Positions 53,270-64,000 of a stretch of DNA of 64,000 nt are shown here, piece after piece. Position 1 is the stretch's first letter, and every line of letters starts with the position of its first letter. Under the pieces are notes generated by a model. The model saw nothing but the letters and a program-made list of their open reading frames with translations, ran no database searches and was not told the origin of the DNA. The stretch spans positions 2,232,001 through 2,296,000 of the forward strand of contig OX597836.1 in NCBI GenBank assembly GCA_951406725.2, written 5' to 3'. This DNA comes from Octopus vulgaris (lineage: Eukaryota). A program made the position numbers and the translations under genes.

Positions 53270-53470
53270 ATTTCAAACTTTGGTGCAAGGGCTGCAAATT
53301 CGAGTGAGGGGTTCAATCGATTACATCGACTCCAGTTCTCATCTGGTAGCTATTTTATCGACTCCGAAGTGGATAAAAAGTAACCTCGACCTCGGTGGAA
53401 TTTCAACTCAGATCATTAAGACGGACAAAATGCCGCTAGCCTTTTTCCGGTCAAGCTAATGATCCGGCCA
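53270..53470 (-). mobile_element. SINE family A, diverged
   Basis: tcgattacatcgactccag...ttttatcgactccgaag...tcgacctcggtggaatttcaactcaga. Confidence 0.7.
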
Positions 53471-54238
53471 GACCACTGCAGGTGACAATATATACCTATT
53501 GATACATCAGGTGTACCGTTTTGGAAGTAATGTTGTAGAGCTAAGCTGTGTGTCGAGATGAAAGCTGAGCAGTGATTGAACCAAACCTCCCCATCCATCT
53601 TTGGGAAGGTGTTAAAGGTTCAGGGTTCGAAGCCCAACGACAGTCGACCATCGCTTGCGACATCAGTATATTCTGCACAAAGCTACATTCCCCGATGATG
53701 AATGAAGGCTGAGCATCTTGTTTAACATGTTATCAATAAGTTACAAAAACAAACACACGCAAAGATATACAAAAACAGGCAAACACACACATTATATATT
53801 TGTGAAGATGCGTGGGTGTGTGAGTGTGTGTAGGTGTGTGAGAGTACATGTGAATAAGTGTGTGTATCTCTCTCTTTCGATCAATCCTCAATCAGTCTCT
53901 CTCTCTCTCTCTCTCTCTGTGTTTCTATCTCTCATCGAATAGGAGAAATAACAGCCATCCCTCCAATACACCATGCAAGTGAATGAAAAAAACGCAAAAA
54001 TGAGAACACCCCTATGTCAAATATTAAACACTTACTATGAAAATCAATATGTAAACGCAATCGTTTTGAAAAACATTGGAACAACATAAATGTTTGAGTT
54101 ACACATGAACATGGCTTCGAATTAAAACAAAACAATTGCCCATGATTCCACATAGACAAACATCAGAGCTGCGGATTCAAGGAGTTGTCCCATCAAATAT
54201 GCATAGTTTTTACGTCTTTTCTCTTCTGCTTGTTTCAG

Positions 54239-54273
54239 CTACTACCCCGCGACATGCAATGGCCTCGCGTTGA
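54239..54273 (+). CDS. Candidate exon after a strong splice acceptor (possibly terminal)
   Basis: Acceptor tttttacgtcttttctcttctgcttgtttcag followed by a short GC-rich block. Phase 1 reads xTTPRHAMASR-stop. No good donor. Confidence 0.25.
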
Positions 54274-54287
54274 ATGGTTTAATAGAA

Positions 54288-54392
54288 CACATATATATAC
54301 GTACATACACACACACACACATATATATATATACATACACACACATATATATATATATACATACATACACACATATATATATATATATACAT

Positions 54393-54425
<33 letters not shown>

Positions 54426-54484
54426 CATACATACACACACACACACACATATATATACACACACACACACACACACATATATAT

Positions 54485-54515
<31 letters not shown>

Positions 54516-54840
54516 CACATACACACACATATATATATATATATACACACATATATATATATACACACACATATATATATATACACACACACATATATAT
54601 ATATATATACACATACACACACACATATATATATACATATATACACACACACACATACATACACATATATACACACACACACATACATACACATATATAT
54701 ATACATATATACACACACACACATATATATATATATAAACATACACACACACACATATATATATATATATAAACATACACACACACATATATATATATAA
54801 ACATACACACACACACACATATATATATGTATATAAACAT

Positions 54841-54873
<33 letters not shown>

Positions 54874-54888
54874 AACACACACACACAT

Positions 54889-54930
<42 letters not shown>

Positions 54931-54996
54931 CTGTGAATATATATAATTAGATATACATACGTTTATATGTATATATATGTATATACACACACACAC
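54288..54996. repeat. About 700-bp alternating (CA)n/(TA)n compound microsatellite
   Basis: Direct reading; source of the long HTHI/CVCV pseudo-ORFs. Confidence 0.95.
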
Positions 54997-55439
54997 TCCT
55001 CACTTACGGCAATCTTTTTAAGCTCACGATATTCCTAGATGTCGAAAATTAATAGGGGATGGCCAGGGCTGGTTGATACCTTTCCTTCGTTCACTCAAAC
55101 ACGACTGACCTTGACTTACACAGAAATAATAACTCCAGGAATCAAAGAGTGAAAGCTATTATTTTGTTGAAAACCTTACTATATTCCATATATCTCCAGC
55201 TGCCAAAGATATTAGATTCACAGTATTAAAATATAAAATTTCATTCCTCGAGCTACAAATATGATGTAAATAAGGCAAAAAATGTGTGTATGTGTCTGTG
55301 TGTATAGGTATATGCATGTCTGATACTTCTATGATCGTTTACATCAACCAAACAAATGGAAATGATTAGTTCACGTACATACATAGCCATAGACATATAT
55401 TTTTTGCACCGTACACTGTAGTGCTGAAGTATTTAAACG

Positions 55440-55505
<66 letters not shown>

Positions 55506-55644
55506 CGCATATACACATAAATATGTGTATAGGAATGCATCCGTTTGTTTAGAGTTTGTGTAGATGGATGTATCTAATTTGTATATAGATCTTTATATGT
55601 TTATATTTGGTATATACATTTATACATGTATTTGTGTGTGTGTG

Positions 55645-55706
<62 letters not shown>

Positions 55707-57556
55707 TGTGTGTGTGTGTGGTTATCTTCGTGTAAGAAACGAAAACAAATCTGAGATGGAAACCGAAAATCAAAGTAATAATATAGAATAACAAACATTT
55801 CGCTGCGTCTTACAAAACAGTAATTCAATGCGCAGCACAATTATCCCGTCAGCTATCGTATATTAAACAATACGAAATGTGTGCAATTAGCTTCGAAATT
55901 CTCGGCTTAAATTGGTCGACAAATTGATGGAAGACATACACTCTAATATATCAAGATGTACACAGAAAATGACACCAGGAACCGATGCGTTGGTTTTGTT
56001 TTATTTTTCCCTCATCTTACGTGAAATTTGCCAGCAGCTTGCATCCAATACGAAAGAAGGTTTATTTCAGAGGAAAATGGAAGCTAAAATAAAATGAGAT
56101 ATAATGAAATAAAATAGCTTAAAATTAATAATAATAATAAAAAACAGAACCAAATGGAAGTAGAGAGAGACAATTTCAATTTGGAAGTTGTCTCAATCTA
56201 GTGGCGAATATTTCTTGACGAAATAACGATGTTAAAAAGAAGAAGATGAATAACAGAAGTAAATAATGTATAAAAATAGTTTTATCTGTATTAACGAGAA
56301 GCTGGTGAGGCTTGCGACGATATAAACATATTGGTTAAGCAGTGTATATTTCGAAGATGATACGTAAAAGGGCAGCGAAAATTGAAAACGTTATACAATA
56401 CATGAAATAAAATATTTTAGCTGTTATACGTGCAAACATTCACATATACATATATACATTAATATTAGTCTCTGTTCAGGCAGACTTGGTTATTTCTTGT
56501 CAGCGAACATTTGTAGATGATTCAGTATCATGGTTTAAAATAATTGTTTGCTTAGCAAACATACATTCTTTGCAATCCTGCTATGACCAACGTAAAATCA
56601 TCGATACATACGCGGAAGTCTTTCATAAGTTGCTTGTATTCTTTTAAATATTAACTTTGTTTGAATTAAGAGGAAAATTCACATATGTAGAAGTAATTTC
56701 CCAGTTTGTTTCCGTTCTTTAAATGAAGTGAGGGAATTCTAGCTGATATTTCTAGCAGTAAGATGAACAATTTAGAATTCCCTTGCGTCCCTTATATATT
56801 TGTATACTGTGATTTGAAGCAGGTATTCATTAAAACTGATGCTTGCAAACTAATTTGATATGAAGCAGAAGAATGAATGCAAATTGGATCCTTCAAGAAT
56901 AATGGAAAAAAACTAAATTAGATAAGATGACAAAAAAGAAAGTAACGAATTTTATTTAATCAACACGGGAGAGTAAATTCCAGCAATGATTCTCTTCTTT
57001 ACAAAGAAAGGGCAGTTTGATCTTGCAAAAGAATATGTTAAGTGAAATTCCACACAGGTGACCCTCCATAATGAAATAGTCACACGGGATTTACACCGAG
57101 CATAACATACAAAGTATTTAAATGATTCACTAATAAAAGGGTACGAAATTAAGATGCCCTTACGTCTCTCCGATGAGATCAAAACGCATATCAAAGAGAA
57201 AGGTTCAATGTGTTGGTTCGGCAATGCAGAAATAGCAGCTAAATACATTACAAGTTACACTCTTACGCGCGCCCTCACCCACACACATATCTATACCACG
57301 AACTTCATTCCGTCTAAGAAATGCAATCAGAAAGCGTTATTTGGCCCGAGATTATGCAGGTATCACGCAGAGCGGCTGGATTCGGATCCACCCCGCCAAG
57401 TCTGCGCCATAGAAATCACACCCTGCAGTTAAATATATATATATATATATATACATGTGTTATTCTGTATATATATATATATATACTAACACGTCTTTAT
57501 ATATTACGCATTTTTAAGTATAAGTATGTATGTGTGTACACATGTTTGTGTATATA

Positions 57557-58065
57557 TCTATATATATAAAACTGTAGTTGTGTGAGTGTCTGTCCCCTTC
57601 GATTTAGATTCCTAACTACTCCCACATTTTGCGGTGCAGTTTAACCAAATTCGGGTATCTTATAGTCGTGATTCATATCGAGCTCGTCTGAGTATTAGCG
57701 CGCGTCTACGATGAGTCTTCGATTTTAAAAATAATTTAACATCATTTTTTATTCCATTTTAATGCATAATTTTTCGTGTGTCGATGGCGGCGGAGTTGGC
57801 GTCCATGGTCACACCTGCACCTGTTTGCTTCTCCCCTTCTTCCCTCCCTCGTGAAGCTGTGGGGAAGGGAGTGTAAGGAAATTAACGTCGTAAAGCGTTG
57901 TCAAGGAGACCAGCGTTCTTTTAGAACAACTTCATGGCTTGAAGACACCAAAACAGAAATGGCTAAGAAAGCCCAAATTGACATCTATAAGGGAAGTAAC
58001 TCTCTAAAAATGCTTATATAGTTATTTCCCTTACAAACCCGAGCAACGCCGGGCGATACTGCTAG
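57557..58065 (+). mobile_element. Non-autonomous Helitron, apparently intact ends
   Basis: Starts A|TCTATATATATAAAACTGTAGTTGTGTGAGTGTCTGTC and ends with hairpin cccgagcaacgccggg (58038-58053), then cgatactg, then CTAG|T. Inserted at an AT with no TSD. Confidence 0.85.
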
Positions 58066-58510
<445 letters not shown>

Positions 58511-59079
58511 AGTCATAATGGTACTATATTTTGGGAAATTTTTAACGTTTTCATCAGACGTGAATCTCTACGAAAAATATAGAACTACAATTAGACTGTA
58601 TGTTTGAGGTTGGAAGGGGATTGTACAAAATAAGATCAGGTGCAGCAGACAGTGTACTAATGATTGCAATTATGCCCTTATTTCTCGTAAAACACTATCG
58701 AAATATATCAAATAATATTGTGTAATATATAATCAATTTGGTCAAAATAATTACTAAAATTACGATAAAATATCGGACATCTTGCGATTCATTTTTACAA
58801 CAAAATCTGATCATTTAGTGTCCAGCCTTTTCTCTATGATATATCGTGTCAGATTCTCACCTGTTCCAATTATAACAAATATATTTTTTATTCAAGACAA
58901 CAAAAACATTAGCGAAGTAATTACTTTTACAGCCAGCTTTTTCCCCAAAAATCAATATGGCAAATCTATTTTACGATAAGTCAGCGAATTTTATATTTTT
59001 CAAAAGTTGCCGTTAGTGCGTGATTAAATGTATAAAGATACGTGTTTGCCAATCTTTAGTACGGATATATGTGTATATA

Positions 59080-59264
59080 TGTTATATATATATATATATA
59101 GAGAGAGAGATACACAGTTATATATATATAGATACACAGTTATATATATATATATATATATAGATACACAGTTATATATATATATATAGATACATACATA
59201 GTTATATATATACATATATATATAGATCGATAGATACACAGTTATATATATAGATAGATACATA

Positions 59265-59296
<32 letters not shown>

Positions 59297-59400
59297 GATA
59301 GCTACATAGTTATATATATATATAGATAGATAGATAGATACATAGTTATATATATATATACGCGCACACAACGATACATACATACATATATAAGTACATA
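59080..59400. repeat. Minisatellite gatacacagt(ta)n
   Basis: Repeated agatacacagttatatata / agatacatagttatata units. Confidence 0.9.
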
Positions 59401-59497
59401 TTAATTATAAAATTTTATTGATTTGCCATAGAGTGGCGTTAACGCATGGTAGCCACTAATGTTATTGCTATTATTATTTATATATTTACTGCTAATA

Positions 59498-59530
<33 letters not shown>

Positions 59531-59532
<2 letters not shown>

Positions 59533-60015
59533 GGTCACAGAAAACGAGAAAGCAACCATACTCTGGGATATGCCAATACACAGAGATAGAGAAATTAAGG
59601 CCAATAGGCCCGATATAGTTGTCAGAGATCTTGAAGAAAAATGCTTTCTAATTATTGTATCAATACCAATAGATGACAACATTTCTCTAAAAGAAATGGA
59701 CAAACTTTCAAAATACAAAGACCTGGAAATAGAGATAACTCGAATGTGGAATCTAAAAACAGAAACAATTCCTATCATAGTAGTTGCATAAGGCATGATA
59801 AAAAATATTCAGACAAATACATAACAAAAACACCAGGACTTACAAACACATATAACATACAGAAAATTGCACTACTAGGCACTGCCCAAATCCTACACAA
59901 AACTCTTTCAATACAGTAACCATAAGAGCATCACAACAAATCACAGCACATACCCAAGGCACACAGAGCTGCGCTCGGTGGTGAAGTGAAAGCACGCTAT
60001 GAAAATAAAACTACC

Positions 60016-60016
<1 letters not shown>
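59531..60016 (+). mobile_element. 5'-truncated R4/Dong-like non-LTR retrotransposon (restriction-like endonuclease end plus 3' UTR) inserted in (TAA)n
   Basis: KVTENEKATILWDMPIHRDREIKANRPDIVVRD...IP.D.NI..KE..KLSKYKDL...W...TIPIIV.A*GMI...IQKIALLGTAQILHKTLSIQ* carries the RPD..D and K..KY..L motifs of the RLE. (TAA)n lies on both sides; one internal stop. Confidence 0.9.
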
Positions 60017-60052
<36 letters not shown>

Positions 60053-61384
60053 CAATAATAATAATAATATCTATATGAATTCGTGTATTTACTCATCGTA
60101 AATTGATGTACTGAAATTGTTTTGAATTTCATACGAGCCTGTTCAATGCGTAACGGACACAGCGAGGCGTGTAGGATTTTAACACTGGGTATTTAGTAAA
60201 ACCTGCTGAAGAGATTTGAGGAGTGATCCAGAATTCGAATTCATTATACAGGTATATCTAAGTGTACGGAAGCATTTTGAGTATGCAAAAGTAGTACCCG
60301 ATAAAATGTAGGATAAATGTAATAGTTTGAACTACAATCCTTTGGTGGAGTTTATAGACATTTAATGCATCGATACCCGTGTGTCCAGAAATCACATGAC
60401 AACGTTAGAGTCCATATTTCTGGGATGATTATAGTGTAGCCCGTAGTATCCGTGGGCATCGGGTTGATAATCTTCATGGATTCATTTCTTCAGGCGATAT
60501 AACATTACTGGATGTACAACAGAAGGATGCATATTCCATTCTACCAGTATGAAGATAAAGCGGGTTATGACCTTCATGCGGATAAGAGGTCTACCTTTGC
60601 TATTTCAGTTCTATGTCTTCCATGCTGTTCTGATGGTTAAAATCAAAATGGCTAGCTGTCAAAGGAATTTTAGTATTCTGCAGACACAAACCATCTTTAA
60701 ATGGTGCGTGGCACTATTAATGCTTAATGTCATGTAATTACATATCAATTTGGGAAGGAAATTAACGATATCCTTAAATTTGAATATATTGAATTTAATT
60801 AATAAAATTAACAAATTAAATAATAGACCTGTAGCTCATTACTAACAATATCAACAATAAGAGTAGGAGAGGTAATAATACTAAGGAGGGGGAGGATGAT
60901 AAGAGTAAAAAAAATTACTCAAGGTAACCTGATAATAAGCATTAATATTACCATTTACCATTCAACGATGGTCTATGTCAGCAGAATTTTAAAATTCTTT
61001 GGAGAGTAGCAACTAACAATAAGTGCAGATAAAATGCAAATTTTGCACTGTGCATTAGTTAATTGCTGCAGAAACATGTGTAGGCGCAGAAACTAAAGGA
61101 AGTAATTATCTGCTGAATGAAGCTGGATATCAATCTCTATTCTCCTTTATTACAAGTTCATAATTTTCTCTAGCGTAAACACACATTTTCTGTAGAGACA
61201 TATTGATTTAACGATGTAGAGACAACCTGAAGTTAGTAAAGCAGACTAACTGAAGATTTTATACACTCACTATTGTTATCCGGTATTAGCAAGCAGTACA
61301 TGCGACTACAGTATCCACTTGGATTCTTTAAGACTATCAACCATAATCTGGAATCTCCTTTTGTGGTAATCTAGAGATACAAAT

Positions 61385-61750
61385 ATAATGGTCCCCTCCT
61401 TTGCTAACCTAGTCAGGGTATATCTTGAACTAACTCTTTATCGTAAGGTACCAGCAAAAATACGGCAACCCATTCTCCCTTTACATAGGAAACAACTGGA
61501 AGAGATACATGGATAATTGTTTCATTTTTTTGGCATGAAAATATAGAGAGACTTAAAGAATTTCAAACGCTTATAAATGGACTTGACGTAAACACCCAAT
61601 TCCCGATGGAATATGGCCGTCAACCATTTCCTTTCCTCCACATCCTCATTAAGAATTCTAGCAAGGAAAGAGAAAGATATATATACTATAATTGCACACA
61701 CTCCAAGCAATATCTACCGTTCATCTCTTGCCACTCCAGACACACAAGAA
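61385..61750 (+). pseudogene. Penelope-like reverse transcriptase fragment
   Basis: MVPSFANLVRVYLE...NNWKRYMDNCFIF/WHE...INGLDVNTQFPMEYGRQPFPFLHILI...IYYNCTHSKQYLPFISCHSRHTR matches PLE APSYANL.MG.LE / WKRYIDDCF / IQFTME...LPFLD / YL.F.SCHP.H. Frameshifted; the catalytic DD is now DN. Confidence 0.9.
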
Positions 61751-62337
61751 TGATTTTTCCGGTTTGTCTGCAGGTACGGTTTTTATATCCACCATTAAAA
61801 GCATTCGATTCTCGCCTTGCAGGGGTACATTGGATGAAATATGAGAAAAGCAAAAAATGGGAAAAGAAAGAAAATCTGAAAAGAGGTCCTTTGCGAAGAA
61901 TATTACAAGGGGCTTCTCCCATTATCTCACCATAAATAAAATTTTTTGTTTTCTTTTGAAAACCATGCAGTAGATCCGATTACCTTAGTAAAGTAAACAG
62001 CAATACAACTATGAACGCTGATGTCCACATTCCATGTTGAAAGGACTACAATACATAGAAAAGTGGATGGTATATCAGATTCGCCGCGGAGACATGGGAA
62101 CGCCAAAAAATGAGAACGCAGAAACGGTTGTTATGTAAATGACTAGCGTGGTACTAATTAGACACTCGTATGTTGCTTTGCTAATGACATATACAGTTCA
62201 AATGGTATTTATAAATCACTATACTTATGACTACTGAATCATGGGATACAAAATGAGTCGATTTAAACATAATGGTAAATGTTAGAAAGGCGTATTTACG
62301 CCAATACATATTTCTCTCTCTCATATATATATATACA

Positions 62338-62617
62338 CACAGTCATTCTTGAGTGCTACTGGTAACATGTAATGCAGTACAACCCGCTGCATGGTCGGGT
62401 CGTCGGCGACTGAACTGGCAACACCACCATGTTTTTTGGTGAGGAGGGTGTTGTTAGACACCCTGCGGGAAGAAAAATAAGACCTGCCAAAGGGCAGATT
62501 AACTCCTGAAGATTCAATTTCTTTATTAACCATGAGGTTGAGAAAAAGAGGGGGCGATACGCGGACAGAGAAAACAAACATTGGTGTGAGGGGATCGAAC
62601 GGCCATCCAGCCAAATT
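62338..62617. repeat. GC-richer structured insert between (TA)n tracts, family unassigned
   Basis: Hairpins agggtgt-tgttag-acaccct, ctgcc-aaag-ggcag and gtcgtcggcgac; sharp compositional boundaries. Confidence 0.45.
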
Positions 62618-62633
62618 TATATATATATATATA

Positions 62634-62910
62634 TCCCCTTGATCGACCAGTCCATCGGGCGTCCATTTGACACCGCTGGTCACAGCACGCTGTCCACCCC
62701 TCTCTGGATCGCGCCTTTCTCATCCACGTGATCCCAATCGTCCTCCTGGAATCGTAACTCCAACGTCGTGGAGGCCTTCCGAGTGGTCGTTTCCGCTCGC
62801 GCGGGTACTACTCGACAACCGTGCCGGTCCACCGATTATAGGTAAGCCGGATGACGTGTCCAGCCATCTAAACTTGCTGCGTGTATATACTGCGATGACG
62901 TCCCTCACGA
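62634..62910 (-). pseudogene. RTE-clade LINE 3' end (second family), flanked by (TA)n
   Basis: VRDVIAVYTRSKFRW/(frameshift)AGHVIRLTYNRWTGTVVE*YPRERKRPLGRPPRRWSYD...GITWMRKARSREGW matches RTE K.RWAGHV.R..D.RWT.....W.PR..KR..GRP..RW. Confidence 0.9.
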
Positions 62911-63094
62911 TGATATATATATATATATATTTATTTATGCGCGTATAAAAGCAAAATCATCCGAATGTTTAACTTCGAAATCAGATGTTACTATTGTTAA
63001 TACAGTCTATGACAAATATTTTTATTTGATAATATTAACAGCGGTAACATGGGCGGTTCACAGGTTTAATAGCATTATAAGCTCTAAAATATAA

Positions 63095-63249
63095 AATTAG
63101 CACGAAGCCTTTAGGATGCCTTCCGGATGCTGTGCGCATGAACGTATTCAGAAATGAGAGCTAAGTTCTCAATTGGTGCCTTCTGGCGGTTGAATTGAGA
63201 CTTTAGCTCTCATTTCTAAATAGGTTGATGCATTCTTAAGGCCTTGTGC

Positions 63250-63254
<5 letters not shown>
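63095..63254. repeat. Nested fold-back (MITE-like) element next to (TA)n
   Basis: Outer arms aattagcacgaagcctttaggatgc / gcattcttaaggccttgtgctaatt; inner arms 63145-63174 tattcagaaatgagagctaagttctcaatt / 63193-63222 aattgagactttagctctcatttctaaata. Confidence 0.8.
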
Positions 63255-63299
<45 letters not shown>

Positions 63300-64000
63300 T
63301 ACACATAGAGGGAATGAGAGAGAAACAGAGAATACAGAGATTATAGATAAACAACCAAAGATCACGTGATGCATTTTTATTTTCCAAGAGAGATTAGCTG
63401 TCGTACATTTGTTTGGATATTTCTTGGCTGTAAATATAAACTAAGTTCTTTGTTTCTATTCTAGTTTCTGTAACGGTTTTATCATTTTTATGCAGTTTCC
63501 TCATCTATGCTATTCCATAATTTATACACAAACACTTTTTCTATCTATCTATCTATCTATCTATCTGCCTATCTATCCTTCTATTAATCTGTCTATTTAT
63601 ATGTGTAGATATGTATGTATACAGATAAACACATACACACATATGTATAACCCATATACATATATGTATAACACACACGCACATAAACTTAGATGTCAGA
63701 CATATTTTGAGAACATTATAAAAAACTAATATCTTATATCTGAATAATGTAAAACAATTTTATCCAAATCCAATATAACCAAGGGTTTTTTCTTTTCTTT
63801 CTTAGTACTTCCATGTTCATTTGTAAAATGGAAGCTACAACGTCTTTTATTTCTTCGCATTCTCCAAGACATTTGATTCTTCTAAGGAAGTCTGCGATTC
63901 TATTTTAGTTTCTGTAGAAAGAAAATAATACATCAGCTTTCTCTTTCGTTTTGCCATAATCATATAAAGCTTTGGTCGTTCCAATAATATGATCTACGTT

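Overview
This is AT-rich metazoan genomic DNA, saturated with microsatellites ((TA)n, (CA)n, (GA)n, (TAA)n, (GATA)n). The repeat families look like those of an octopus/coleoid cephalopod; that is inferred from recalled repeat motifs and not verified. No complete protein-coding gene can be supported, and nearly all listed ORFs are microsatellite or low-complexity artefacts, so the window reads as intronic or intergenic. Supported content: many tRNA-derived SINEs (one full-length with a 12-bp TSD, plus a five-unit tandem array); fragments of Penelope-like elements (RT, GIY-YIG endonuclease, pseudo-LTRs); RTE-clade and R4/Dong-clade LINE 3' ends; two non-autonomous Helitrons with canonical ends; several fold-back (MITE-like) hairpins; and a few isolated candidate exons. 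The most interesting signal is a set of minimal type-I hammerhead ribozyme motifs from three distinct repeat families. One family couples a tRNA-like Pol III head to the hammerhead directly after a GIY-YIG ORF and occurs twice with inverted junctions.
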